In this document: one piece after another, positions 15,635-29,070 of the stretch | Numbering within the stretch: position 1 is the stretch's first letter | How the letters are laid out: every line of letters starts with the position of its first letter | Assembly: GCF_009914755.1 (NCBI RefSeq) | Contig: NC_060932.1 | DNA length: 64,000 bases | Origin: the human T2T-CHM13v2.0 reference genome, Homo sapiens | Reading direction: 5' to 3' (one strand) | Notes under the pieces: generated by a model | What the model saw: only the letters and a program-made list of their open reading frames with translations | Told to the model about the DNA's origin: nothing | Databases searched by the model: none | Translations under genes and position numbers: made by a program

Positions 15635-15900
15635 TTTTTTTATGGCTGGAGGGCAGTTGTACAATCATAGTCCACTGTAGCCTTGACCTCCTGGGCTCAG
15701 GTGATCCCCCCACCTCAGCCTCCTGGGTAGCTGGGACTACAGGTGCTTGCCAACACGCCTGGCTAATCTTTTATATTTTTTTGCAGCGATGAGTTTTGCC
15801 ATGTTGCCCGGGCTGGTCTTGAACTCCTGGGCTCAAGTGATCTACCCACCTCAGCCTCCCAAAGCATGGGGATTACAGGCATGAGTCACAGCACCCAGCC
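15635..15900 (-). mobile_element. AluJ
   Basis: GCCTTGACCTCCTGGGCTCAGGTGATCC, GAACTCCTGGGCTCAAG. Confidence 0.88.
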
Positions 15901-17195
15901 GAATTTTACATTGTTGACTACTGAATTTTGTATTCCTAAAGAGTACTGACCTTCAATCAGTAAGCAATGAAATTACTTACACATAAGCTTGATCCTTTAA
16001 GACTTGGTTTTACTTCTTTTAGGGCAGGTTTAAGGAAACATTGCCTCTAAATTTGGCTTAGTCTAGTGACTTATGTGTCAGCATTCTAAAGTCCTTGCTG
16101 AATGCCTCATGTATCCAGCAGAGGTTTTTTTTTTTCACTATGACTGGAAGTCTTTCAGGAGATCCTCAAGTTTGCATGCGCTTTGGAAGCTGTTTAGTTT
16201 GTAAGGTCCAGTAATCTTCTTTCCCTGTTGTTTTTATTAGACAGCATCATGGAGTTTTCACCTCCAAAAGTAAAGACTGACATTCAACAAAAGACTCAAT
16301 TGGCCTCTTTTACAGATTTCAGGAGTTCTTTCTCTCCTTATCTTTTTCCCCTCTGGCACCCTGAACTGCAGTTCTAGCCCCTTTCACCTCTTGAAATTCA
16401 GTACCTGTTTTATCTATTCAAAGAGGCCACTTAGCTCTGTCTGAGTTTTTCTGTCTTCACCACAGACAAGAGATTGCTATCAGTCAGAAAATGGGGCAAT
16501 CAAAAGGTTTATTGTTGTTTTCATTGTTTTTCAACTCTGGCTTGTTTTGCTTTTATCTAGTCTCTGAAAAATTTTTCCTTTTGTTTTCCAGCTTTCAAGT
16601 GGTTTAAGACAAGAGAGACTATCCTGTGGGAATTACCCCTTCACAAGCAGGAAGAGTAATCTATTGTCTGTATTTTTACCTTTGTTTTCAGGCATTTAGT
16701 CTTGTCTCTTTCCATGCTTGTTATCTTTTTATTTGTATGATCTATTAAAAAAAAATGCTGAGGTTCTGGGTGACGTTTTCTTCCTCCAGAGAGAATTTGA
16801 CTTCTGGTTATGAGAGGCAAATTACAACCTAAATTTCCACTAATAGATTAGTGTAAAACCAGTGGTATCATATCTGTAAATTAGAGTATTATACAACTGT
16901 CATAATATAATGTAGATCTATATGAGCTGATCTGTAGAGATATCTATGACATATTGTATTAGTTTGATAGGCCTGTGATAACAAAGTACCACAGACTAGG
17001 TGGGAGCTAAACAAGAAAAATTTATTTTCTCCGAACTCTGGAGACTAGCTATCTAAGATCAAAGTGTTGGCAGGATTACTTTCTTCTAATGGCCTCTCTC
17101 TTTGGCTTTTTAATGGCTGCCCTCTTCTAGTGTCTCATGTGGTCTTCTGTCTGTGCCAGCCTGTGTTCTAATCTCCTCTTCTTACAATGACGTCA

Positions 17196-18276
17196 TGTAA
17201 TAGCCCAACAGGTTCTTCCTGTCTGCTGCACAGACAAAACCAATTCACTGAGACTGTGGTATTGCAGTAAAGAAGGAGTTTAATTAATACAAGGCTGGCC
17301 ATGTGGGAGAATTGGAGTTATCACTTAAAACAGTCTTCCTGAGAACTCAGAGGTTAGAAATTTTGTGAATAATTTGATGGGCAGGGAGCTAGGGAATGGG
17401 TACTGCTGACTGATTGGAGATGAAATCATAGGGGTGTGGGTCTGGGAGCGGTGGCTCATGCCTGTAATCCCAGCATTTTGGGAGGCCGAGGCGGGCAGAT
17501 CACTTGAGGCCAGGAGTTTGAGACCAGCTTGACCAACATGATGAAATCTCATCTCTACTAAAAATATAAAAATTAGCCAGTTGTGGTGGTGCACAACTGT
17601 AATCCCAGCTACTCGGGAGGCTGAGGCAAGAGAACAGCTTGAATCTGGGAGGTGGAGGTGAGCCTAGATTGTGCCACTGCACTCCAGCCTTGGCCACAGA
17701 GTGAGACGTAGTCTCAAAAAAAAAAAAAAAAAGGCATAGGGGTGTGGAAAACAGTCCTTGTGCAGGGAGTCCACCTCTGAGTGGGACCACGGGACCGGCT
17801 GAGTCATGAGTCATGGGTCCAGGTGCAGTCAGTTGGTTATCAGAATGCAAAAATCTGCAAAAGGTCTCAAAAGACCAATTTTAGGTTCTACAATAGTGAT
17901 GTTATCTACAGAAGCAATTGAGGAAGTCATAAATCTTGTGACCTCTGGCCACATGACTCCTGAGCAGTAAGAGATTATAAAAACTATGCTTACCTTCTAG
18001 CAGAATTCAGGCCCCTCCCATAATCCTAATCTTGTGGCTTTTCATTCTAATCTTGTGGCCTTTCATTAGTTTTTCATTCCTGAGCAAGGAGGGGGTTTGT
18101 TTTAGGGAAGGACTATTATCATCCTTGCTTTCAAGTTAATCTACAAACTAAATTCCCCTTGTGGTTAGCTTGGCCTATACTCAGTAATTGGTGAAGACAG
18201 CCAGCCTGTGAGGCTAGAAGCAAGATGCAGTCAGCCATGTTAGGTTTCTCTCACTGTCATAATCTTTGCAAAGGTG
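17196..18276 (-). mobile_element. LTR8A/8B-like ERV1 solo LTR containing an Alu
   Basis: Reverse complement starts CACCTTTGCAAAGATTATGACAGTGAGAGAAACCTAACATGGCTGAC; GTCA TSD on both sides. Confidence 0.8.
17438..17732 (+). mobile_element. AluS inside LTR8
   Basis: Full dimer; TSD CATAGGGGTGTGG on both sides. Confidence 0.93.
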
Positions 18277-18457
18277 GTCATATTGGGATAGGGCTCACCA
18301 TATGACATCATTTTATCTTGATTACCTCTTTAAAGGCCCTATCTCTAAATACAGTCACATCCTGGGATACTGGGTATTAGGACTTTGACATATGCATTTT
18401 TTGAGGGAAAACACAATTCAGCCCATAATATATATTTTAATGTAAATAAGACAATAT

Positions 18458-18770
18458 GGCTTGGGCACAGTGGTTCATGCCTGTGATCCCAGCACTTTGG
18501 GTGGCCTAGATGGGCAGATCACTTGAGGCCAAGAGTTTGAGTCCAGCCTGGCCAACATGGTGAAACCCCATCTCTACATAAAAATACAAAAATTAGCTGG
18601 GCATGGTGGCGCACATCTGTAATCCCAGCTACTCAGGAGGCTGAGGCAGGAGAATTATTTGATTCCGGAAGGCGAGTTTGCAGTGAGCCAAGATGGTGCC
18701 ACTGCATTCCAGCCTGGGCGACAGAGCAAGACTCTGTCTCAATAAATAAACAAATAAATAAATAAATAAT
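18458..18770 (+). mobile_element. AluS with (TAAA)n tail
   Basis: Full dimer. Confidence 0.93.
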
Positions 18771-20688
18771 ATATGAATAGTACGTTTAATAAGATTTACT
18801 TGCCTTTAAAGCATTTATAAATATGTATTTACATACATTTTTTATTAGACTTCAAAGAAAGTATTAATAACATTTTTTTCTCTGAAAAATTGGACTGAGA
18901 GTTTATGGAGACAAGGAGAGAAAGGATATAAATGCACTTTTAAGTCTTTTTTTTACAGTTTGAGTCCTTTACCATACTTCCGTATTACTATTATAATGAA
19001 GAGAGAAATAACTTTATCAACTTTCACATTTTAGTGATGAATAAATCATGGCTCAAATTTACCTGGAGTCACTCAATTATTTCCTGATAAAGCCAGGACT
19101 GCAATACAAGGTTTATGACAGTCATACCAGTTATCTTTTACGCCTTCCAAATAGCCATTCTACCCTTACATAGTGATTGTATATACAGATCTTAACTTTC
19201 CATTTCATTACTTGCATAGGTAATTTGAATCACATGATAATGTGTTAGTGTAAGCAAGTTATTCCAAGCACTTAGTGGAAGCCATTACGTTTAGATTCTC
19301 ATTCTTCGTCACCTTGGTTACTTCCTGTTGCCTGGTGTATATTTAATATGACTTTATCTTAAGATATTACTGTGTAATAGGTCATTCTGCTCTAAATTTT
19401 TAGCTCCTGTCCTTAAATATCCTATTACCATCTTTGTTACAGTAGAAACTCTGGCAATACCAGGCCTCCTTGATCTTTGGCTTTCTCTGTAAGACCCGAT
19501 GTTCACCCAACTTCCAACCCAATAGTAGGCCCAATTCTTACCACATTTCCTTTATTACCTGGTACTATTGTAATAGTTGCCCCTAATTGTCTTCAGTGAT
19601 CAGACCTGGATTGACATCCTGGGATGGACTAAATTTAACTCTGTGCCACCTTGTGATTCCCAGAAATATATATAAGGCTGCCAGACCCCTCATGCGGTGT
19701 CCTCTCACTTGAACAGAGTTGAGAAAATGCAATCGTGAATGCTCCCCTCATGTGAGAGACTATATAATTCACTGTGAACAGTCAAATGTCACTTCATTAC
19801 AGGGATCTTCACTTTAAACACAGGACTTCTTTGGCTGAAATTAGAAAGGACCTGATGTGGCAGAAACAGCAGCAGGATTTCAAAGAATTCCACTGTTAGG
19901 TGGCTTGGACAATTTGTTCTGAAACTGCACATGGTTTTGAATTTACTTCCTTTTAAGTGACTCTCTCATCTGGTTCTGTGAAGATGGAAGACTCAATTAA
20001 GGAACCACTGTGTAGCAGTCACAACTGGGTCCTTTATCTTGCTCAGTATGGAGGGGGAGAAAAAGACTCTGGAACAAAATGTGCCGTAGCAGTTTCACTT
20101 GACCTTTCTTTACTGACTAGGCTCATTCAAAGTTGTATTTTTTTTTTTTAAAAGAAGAAGCATAAAAGGCATCAAATGGCTTAGCTGTTTCCTTTAAGCA
20201 CTGTGGCTGTAGCGGAAAGAGGTCTGTATGCCATAGGTTGAAGAAAATGATTCATCCTGTCTTTTACTCCCTTAGGGGATTGCTGAAACTTCTCCTCCTT
20301 CACTATAGCGTCCTATACACTCTCATCCAAATTTATTATTCTTATCTGCTTTTACCCACAGAGTTCAAAATAGGGAATTCAGGTTGACCTGGGTGATGTC
20401 AAGAGAAAAAAGAGAGAAGAATGTCACAGTTGATTCTAGGGCCCCCATGAGGCTTCGTGGACAGAATAAAGTGAATTGGGATCAGCCCTGAGAAAATACA
20501 TATTTGCTAAACAGGTAAAATGAATCTTCAGTTTTGTCAGGGATTGACACAGAGGCATTTTAGCTAATAAGCATCCTTACAGAATTTTAATTGATCCTAT
20601 TGACAAAAACCGAATTAGCTCAATTTTTCACAAACAGGTCTTGTAGAAAGAGATAATTATGTGCTCTGTTAAATAAGGACTTCTAAAG

Positions 20689-21591
20689 CAGGGTATAGGA
20701 AGCCTAGGTGCATAAGATGATCATTTGGAGTACTGAAAGAAAACTTAATAGAATTAAAACTTCTATTTATACATCTATTTTACCTAAAAATATGAAAAAA
20801 ATTACTCTCTAGAATGTGTATGAGTTGAAACCCACACCCTTCAGTCATGTCTAAAACACAGAGGGCCAGGTGTTAATGAGAGAGCGTGACAGGATCAAAA
20901 GTGGCAACTAGTTCCTTTGTTTTTATCTGTTGTTGCTATCATAGTTTATACAGAGGTGAATAAGTTGATCTATTGATTGCATTATCTAGATTTAACTATG
21001 ATTTCTACTAATCATAGAAAAACTATGATTTCTACTAATAGCCATTGAGGAAAGCCAGGTCTTCTGGAAAAGGCTAGCAAACCTCAATATCAGCAAATAA
21101 GTCTCATTAGCAAATAATTCCTATGGAGACTCCATAGGAATTAATCATCTCAACTTGTTTAGTAAAATTCCTGCAAATGATACACAGAAAACATAAACCA
21201 CAAATGCAACACAAAAGTATCAAAATAAAAGAATTAGCACTTTTACCCTTAAAAGGAGCTTTTCATCATTCATATTAAAAATTAAAGACAAAAATGGCTT
21301 AGTAACACCTACCATATTTAATCAGATTTCTCCAAGTCTAAAATAAATCATTGATAATAAATCCATGAGTACACTGTGGATTTTGTTTTACGAGTTAAAA
21401 CTGGACAAAATTTTGTTTAAATACTTGTCTTTCTTTTTTTACCGCATCTTCTTGAATGTTATATTTGTAGTAGACTTTCTGAGGTTCAGTAGTAAATATA
21501 TATAATTTATAATAAGATAGTACAATTAGGGATACATGATTGAAATATTTTATTGATAGAGTATATCATCAAAAGAGTTTAGAGACCACTG
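20689..21591. mobile_element. hAT-Charlie DNA transposon fossil (MER113-like) with internal templated insertion
   Basis: CAGGG...AAGATGATCATTTGG...AACTTCTATTTATA start; ...ATCAAAAGAGTTTAGAGACCACTG end. Confidence 0.55.
21026..21134 (+). repeat. 109-bp dispersed direct repeat, copy 1 (partner 22518-22626)
   Basis: TGATTTCTACTAATAGCCATTGAGG...GAGACTCCA; 3 mismatches to partner. Confidence 0.95.
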
Positions 21592-21977
21592 GTGAGATTT
21601 CCACTTCCCTCTGACCAGAGGGGAAAAAAAAACACTGTGCTTTGAACCAAAGAAAGTCCTTGTTAGTCATCACTGGAGCAAACCACATGCCTTTTCCAGA
21701 AACAAATATCAAAATAGAGGAGTTAGGAAACAGTGGTGCCATATTTTGCGGGTCATGCACATTTGGATAAACAAAGGGAGAGACATGAGCTCAGGGAAAG
21801 GTGAAGACCTTTTAAGAGTTGTTTTCAGGTGATACTTGGGCATTCACATTCCTAAAAGAGTAGCACATTTCAGATGGAGTAACAAAGGCTATATTAAATT
21901 ACAAATTCCCCAGGTAAAGTTTAAAAATTATTCTCCTTAGCTCTATCCCCTTTCCCAGCCTGGCTCCAGCAAAAAGT

Positions 21978-22335
21978 CAGCATAAAATTCCGCATGCGGC
22001 TGGGCACGGTGGCTCAAGCCTTTAATCCCAGGACTTTGGGAGGCCGAGGAGGGTAGATCATGAGGTCAGGACAAGACCAGCCTGACCAACATGGTGAAAC
22101 CTCGTCTGTACTAAAAATACAAAAATTAGCCCGGCGTGGTGGCACGCACCAGTAATCCCAGCTACTCAGGGGACTGAGGCAGGAGAATTGCTGGAACCCG
22201 GGAGGAGGAAGTTACAGTGAGCCATGATTGCGCCACTGCACTCCAGCCTGGGCAATAGAGCGAGACTCCGTCTCGAGAAAAAAACACACACACACGCACA
22301 GAAAAAAACCAAAAACCAAAAAACAACAACAACAA
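21978..22335 (+). mobile_element. AluS with mixed CA/A-rich tail
   Basis: Full dimer; TSD-like AAAATTCCGCATGC / AAAAGTCCATATGC. Confidence 0.92.
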
Positions 22336-22517
22336 AAGTCCATATGCATTACTACCCATTTGCTAGTGCATCAGACGAAAGCTCTATTCAAGGAGGTAGA
22401 ATACTACTCACAGTATCTCTTGTTCAGAGATAAGGAAACTTTCTCAAGAAGAACGAGCTGCTTTTCTTTTTGATAAACCATGCATCCCACAACTCATGGA
22501 TAACTTTGTGATGATAT

Positions 22518-22626
22518 TGATTTCTACTAATAGCCATTGAGGAAAGCCAGGTCTTCTGGAAAAGGCTAGCAAACCTGAATATCAGCAAATAAGACTCATT
22601 AGCAAATAATTCCTATCGAGACTCCA
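22518..22626 (+). repeat. 109-bp dispersed direct repeat, copy 2 (probable donor)
   Basis: Matches 21026-21134. Confidence 0.95.
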
Positions 22627-23589
22627 GATAAGATAGAAGAAGATGAAGCCTCATCCTTTCTGTTCTACTGCCCACAGATTTGGGTCAGTGCACTGATTGC
22701 CCTTTCCTGAGGTTTCCATAATGTCAGGCTTCCATAATCCTGCTCTTGACCAGCCTTAGTTTTGCTTAGTAACTCTATTAAGAAATACTCAAAGACTTTA
22801 GTACTTGTATGTTCATGAATAAAATCTACTACACTGCAGGACTGTGGTTTTATAGCATCTGCCTGGATTGCACTTATTTAGGTGGAATGCAATCAAGCAT
22901 GACTGTAAGAAAAAAAGAGATAAAATCCAGTGTGACTTTTTTTAAATGCATTAAAGCTACACTATTCACATTCTGCTAAGAAAGAGAAAGTGAACATATA
23001 TGTACCTAGAAGATAGAGTTTTCCCAAAAGCAAACATGCTTTCATAAGAATTAGTTTAAGTTTCTTTTGATTCTTACAATTGGAATGAACATTTTCTTGA
23101 GTCAGAAGCAAGATATGGGGTTGGTACATCTACATTTTGTCTAGAATATGGGATCAAGAAAGCTATGAGCAATCTATTTGCAAAACTGGATACAAAACTG
23201 GATACAAACCTTTGGGAGAACTTTATGTCCTTGAGCTGCTATTTCCTGCAAGCAGGTTGAGTGAAATTCACTCAGATTTATTGTTATTAAAATTCTTCCT
23301 CATCATTATGAGCCTCATTATCATCCCCAGGTGTACATAGCACTTTTCTTTCCAGATGCTTAAGTTGTTTTACTTATATTACTGTAGCCATTTTTAAGTA
23401 TGCTTAAAATATCAGCTCACACACTTACCCCTACAATATCTCCCTATGGAGAAAAAGGAAAAGTAAAATGATTTAAATCGACATTTTTCCCTCAGTCTCT
23501 GGCTAGAGAATCCGGCCATTCCATTGGATTCACTTATCAATTTATTTCATTTATTCTTATAGTAGTATTCCAGTGAGATAAGAAGTGGA

Positions 23590-24130
23590 AGGCATTTTCA
23601 CCACCTAATAACAAATGGAACAGAGGTACAGAATATTTTTAAAAAGACTTGTCCAAGGACACATTCTGAATTAGCAATATGGTAACAAGTTAGCCAAAGC
23701 CTTCTGATCTTCACACCAATCTTCTTCCTGCTCAAATATGCAAATTCAATGATATAGACTTTTTGAGATCTAGTCTGTGCAAGCCATGTGCTTTGAACTC
23801 CTGCACACATAGAAACTACAAACCTCAGGGATGGTAAGTAGGGCAGGCATAAGCATATACAATCAGAGAGTCATAGCAGCTTTATGGAAAGAAAACAGAT
23901 TTTAGATTGAGGTCAAAGCAGATTTGAAGCAAGTAACTTAATGTGGCTTTCGGTACTGCTATTACCTCGGTTAAGTTTTTAAAGCAGAGGTTTCTCATCA
24001 AGAATAATTTTAAGGATTAAAATTATTACAGAGTTGTTTTAAGGATTAAATAAGATTGGTACATGTAGAAAACATCATGTTTTATATTTGTTGTTTCTGT
24101 TATCATTATGGTTATTATTGCTGTTATTGC
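23590..24130. mobile_element. MIR remnants (two, opposite orientation)
   Basis: GGAACAGAGGTACAGA..GACTTGTCCAAGGACACA; later GGTTTCTCATC..GTTTTAAGGATTAAATAAGA. Confidence 0.55.
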
Positions 24131-24456
24131 TTTAATGACATTGTGTCCTTTAGCTTTAGAGTGCAAAGACTCTTGACTACCATTTATGATTAGGAGGCTC
24201 TGGTGAGTATAATATATGATTTGTTTGCTTTCTGGTTCCATGAACCCTCCCTCCACTGCTTTCACTCAATACCCAAATTTGGGTTCAGCTCTGCCCCAAA
24301 CCCAGACTGCCCATGGCCAGCGGGACTTTGATGAATGTTCATAAGTCAAGTGAGAAACACCACCTCTTCCTATCTGGGGGTACTTTTGTAGTAAGCTCTT
24401 TTTTTGTAACTGGTCTCCTGCTTTGTGATCATATCCTCATCTTGAAGTATACTTTG

Positions 24457-24845
24457 TGTATTAGTCCATTTTCACACTGCTCTAAAGAAATATCCGAGAC
24501 TGGGTAATTTATAAAGGAAAGAGGTTTAATTAATTCACAGTTCTCCATGGCTGTGGAGGCCTCAGGAAACTTACAATCATGGCAGAAGGCAAAGAAGAAG
24601 CAGGCGTCTTCTCCACAAGGTGACAGGAGAAAGAGCGTGTGAAGAAGGAACTGTCAAACACTTACGAAACCATCAGATCTCATGAGAACTCACTCAGTAT
24701 CATAAGAACAGCATGGGGGAAGCTGCCCCCATGATCCAGTCAACTCCCTCCCTGTACACATGGGTATTACAGGTCCTGCCCTCGACACATGGGGATTACA
24801 ATTCAAGATGGGATTTGGGTGGGGACACAGAGCCAAACCATATCC
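24457..24845 (-). mobile_element. THE1D/MSTA-type MaLR solo LTR
   Basis: TGTATTAGTCCATTTTCACACTGCT...GGGGACACAGAGCCAAACCATATC; 5-bp TSD-like CTTTG/CTTGG. Confidence 0.9.
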
Positions 24846-25818
24846 CTTGGCATCTACTTTTGCCTTTTTTACCTGAACAGTAACTTGGATCCCTCAAACT
24901 CACGACGTGGAGACTTGCTTTGGTCAGTTTTAATGATTCTGAAACACATCTCATTCTTGGTCCTATGAGTGGCCCCTGAACTCAGCTGTTGGTGCTATTT
25001 TTTTTACCAGGTTCACTGCATATCCTTTGCCCCAAACTCCTTATTTATGAAAAAACTGCTTCCTAAGTAAGGGACAGCTCATTTTATGGATTGCTACTGT
25101 CCTCCCAGTGTCTAGGTCTCCTAACTATCCCCAGAGCCACTGGGTAGAGCAATTGTCTGACTACATGGACTTCCTCCCAGTACATCAAACCTTGATCCAT
25201 TCATGTCTACTCCACGCTGGTTGGCACGTTCAGATGTCTGACCCTCACCCCTTCTGCTCACCTCTGACTTAACTTTTGTTGACACTTCCTTCTCTCAGTT
25301 CCAACAGGAAGAGGGGTACCTTAGAGGTTTCCAATCCAAACAAGATTTGCAGCCAATACTGATATCCAAGGAAATTCAGATTATATTGAATATCAACAGA
25401 AGACTGACATTGTAAAAAGGGTCATCAGATGGAAGTCTGAGGGACATTCTGAAGGAGCTAAGACTGATGGGGTGGCTAGGTCGAGGCCCACAGTAAGCAT
25501 AGACCTTCAGGTCACTCTATATCAGTTGGCAGAGACACCCCCTTCTTCTTCCTTCCTTCTCATTTGCTGCCAATATAATGGTGTTTCCCCAATCACAGTT
25601 TTGTGGCCCCAATAACCTCACCAGTTACCTGATGGTCAAAATTTTTCATAATTTAGAACACATTGTGAGATTTTACAGTACTATAAGGCTTTATCTAGAA
25701 GGAATCAGGTAGACTTTTCAGTATAAACTATACTCCCATTTTTTCCTTTATCTAAAGCAAAATTTATGTGTTGCATTTGATTCTTCATTTTGCTATTATT
25801 TTGCCTGTAGGCCAAGAA

Positions 25819-26394
25819 TGTGATGGTTAATTCTGTGTCAACTTGACTGAGTCAGCATGTATCCAGATATTTAGTTCAACATTATTTCTGGGTGTATATA
25901 TGTGAGTGCTTCTAGAGGAGATGAGCATTTGAATCGGTGGACTGAGTGAAGCAGACGGCCCTCCCTGATGTGGGTGGACATTGCTCAATCTGTTGAGGGC
26001 CTGAACAGAACAAAAAGTCACAGGAAGAGATAAATTACTCTCTCTGTCAGATTGTCTTTGACCTAAGATATCAATCTTTCCTGCCTTCAAAATGAGACTT
26101 ATACCATCAGCACTCCTCGCTTTTCACACCTTCAGACTTGCACTAGATTTACACTATCAGGTTTCCTGGTTCTCAGACCTTCAGACTCAGACTGGAACTA
26201 CAGCGCAAGCTTTCCTTGGTCTTCAGCTTGCAGACAAAAGAACATGGGACTTATCAGCTTCCATAATTATTGCATAAGCCAATTACTTATAATAAAAATC
26301 TCTCTTTCTCTCTCTCTCTCTCCTTTCTCTCTCTCTCTCCCTCACCCCACCTCTCCTATTGACTCTGTTTCTATGGATAACTCTGATTAATACA
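25819..26394 (+). mobile_element. MLT2D-like ERVL solo LTR with (CT)n
   Basis: TGTGATGGTTAATT..TGTCAACTTGACTG start; ...CTGATTAATACA end. Confidence 0.85.
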
Positions 26395-26871
26395 GGCTAA
26401 TTTTTAAAAGGTCAAAAATAAAATTAGAAACAAAAATCTTAAAAAATGGTTCAAGGAGTAACCGGTGCCAAGGCTTATAATAATAAGAACTTTCCTCGTC
26501 TGCCACAGTAGCACTGTGAGGAGTGAAGAGAGGACCTCTGCACTCAGGGCACTGCTGGAAAGTCCTATATCTTCTCTTCCCCACCCCACAACACCTTGAC
26601 TCTCACCAGCACTGCTTACCTCAATGCCATTAGGATAATCATCATTATGAATTTTATCCCTTTTAACATCATCTCTCATTTCTTGATGTTAATACTCATA
26701 TAGATCCATGGGAAAGAAGGGGTGCCTCTACTCACTGACCACACCCAGACTGTGGACAACTATCCAGCTCTCATTTTCTCAGTAATTCTTGTTATCACTT
26801 TACATTGTTTTTCTTTTTTTTTTTTCTCTTCCCTCACTAGAATGTAAGTTTCATGGGGGCAAACATTTTGT

Positions 26872-26930
26872 ATTAGGCTGGTGCAAAAGTAATTGTGATT
26901 TTTGCCATTAAAAATAATTGCAGTTTTGCC
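26872..26930. mobile_element. Partial MADE1 (Hsmar1 mariner MITE) within an L2 3' end
   Basis: TTAGGCTGGTGCAAAAGTAATTGTGATTTTTGCCATT matches the Hsmar1/MADE1 TIR. Confidence 0.75.
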
Positions 26931-27688
26931 ATGTTGGTGTTTTTGTATATTTCATTTACTGAAGTATTCTCAGCATTTAAAACAGTGCTGAGATGGAGTG
27001 GCATACTTGTTCAAAAATTTAACCATAATTGTAATGATAATGATAGTATTCTATTCATTAAGCACTTTTAATAAGTCAAGCATTATGCTAGGTTATTTGA
27101 GTATATTATTTCAGTTTATCTTTGCATAACTCTATGAAATAGGCTCTTTCACTAGCTCTATAGCATAGAGAAGTTGAATAATTTGTTTAAGGCTATTCAG
27201 CTGATAAGTGACAGAGTTCACAAGAAGTCCCCATTCTGGCAGCTCTTGGAATGACTTGACTTTCTGGACTCTGGACACCATCTGCAGATGCCCTAGTCAA
27301 GACACCATGCTTTTTAGGAGAAATGCTGACAATCTGTTGCATCAGATCACAGTTCTGCTGAACTTCATAGTATATTGTCCCCCTGATTAGTTTTTTGGGT
27401 TCTCCATCTTTAGGTAGGCTTAGGTTTTCCTTTCACAGATTTAATATAGAAAGCTGGCTGCTTCTTGTCTTTTCTCCTAGTCTACCCAAGCTACGCTTCA
27501 CTGAGGACCCCACGCTCTCCCTGGCCTCCACTTTTTAGACTGTGCTCTGCTTTAGGTTTGTAATTCTCATGTTAAGGCTATTAGTGTGACTCTATCTTGT
27601 TCCATGGCATGGGTGAAGATAATATCTACTCCACTGGACTTTTATTACCTATTGTGGACAGGACACAGCTACAGGACCTGCTACATAG

Positions 27689-27761
27689 CTTCTGGCCAAA
27701 ACCTTGGTTCTTTTTGATGAATCTTGTTCCCTTGTCCCTACATCTCACCACGATATTCAAA
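27689..27761 (+). repeat. 73-bp dispersed direct repeat, copy 1 (partner 29071-29143)
   Basis: CTTCTGGCCAAAACCTT...GATATTCAAA; 4 mismatches. Confidence 0.93.
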
Positions 27762-29070
27762 CTTCTAAAGTGGAAGAGAAGAAAAAGAAACTGCTTAGCT
27801 TGCACTAGAATACAAAAGCTCTATCTTTGGTGCTACAATTAGTATCTAAATGGCCTAATGCATGTAGCATTTATACTAGAGAGAAATATAGGACAGTATA
27901 GCCATATCCTGAATGTTCTATCTCTAAACAATTGTATCGATTGCATTTTTTTTTCAACAGTATACCTTTGTCCTCCCTCTCAGATTAGAACTTAATTTTG
28001 GTCTGAGGAAATAAATTTACTTGAAAACAAATACGATGCAGCTGCATGAGGCCAATTAAAAATCTTGCCTTAGATCCCAAGTAGGACCACCCATTTGAAA
28101 TTATCAATGTACATTTCTAGTTCGGACTCATTCTCTGGCTTTGATCTATCTCTAGGCATTAAATAACAATCATAAATTACCAATCTTTCTTATGCATAAC
28201 TCTGTTTTTCATGCTTTTAGCAATGGCATGAACTATTATATTTTCCTTTCACCTCAGCATCTTAAAATTCATTCTTGCCTAATCAATTATGGGCACAGGT
28301 TACCAAAGCTTCAAGTTTCTTTGCAAATGCAGTTTCCTTAATATACATAACCTTGATTTAGAGTTACAACTTTCCTTTACCTTTTTTTGTACTTTTTTTA
28401 AACCTTTTCTTTCTTTCTTCCCCCTTCCCCAACTTGTCTTTCCTTTATTTTTTCTGTCTGTGTTTTTCAAAATATTTCTTAGCATTTAATGTAAGCAATT
28501 CACTGCATCAAACATGGGAAACAAGGATGCATACAGCACAGTCCCTCTGCTAAAGGGATTATTATTTATAGGGCAGAGACTTACACAATGGAAAAAATAC
28601 GTGTTGGGTATCCAAACAAGATGGCACTGTGGCTTTTCCCTCGGCTCTCATTGAAATGAGTAATACAGGCATTATCAAAATCAATTATGGAAACTAGAAA
28701 AGAATCTATCCATTAACTTACAACATTGCAAAGTTTCAATGCAAGGAGGTTAGCGGAGACTGGATACAGAAGGATGGAATAGCAGGCCAATTTGAGGTTC
28801 CTCCTATCTTATCTCTCCTCTAATTGTAAAACTACAAACATGCTCCTAACTTAGGAAAGGATGGAGTTGAGAGAAAGTCATAGGTTTGCTTGGAAAACTC
28901 TATGTTGGACTCTTTTTTGCCACTCTTTTTTGGCCATATCTAGCAGAAGAGAGGGTACTACTCCTATTTCCCTGGGGGAGCACAGAATTTTTTTCAAGTA
29001 CTTGAAGATACTTTCCTTAGCTTTTAATACGTATGTTTCTATTTGACTTGATAGATCAAAATTAGATAGA

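Larger units (their letters stand above)
16956..18430 (-). mobile_element. MLT1B/C MaLR LTR split by LTR8
   Basis: TGTATTAGTT...AACAAAGTACCACAGACTAGGTGG; resumes TATTGGGATAGGGCTCACC...ACAATTCAGCCCATAA. Confidence 0.8.

Noticed and set aside
23181-23208. 12-bp tandem CAAAACTGGATA x2
   Set aside because: Ordinary slippage duplication.
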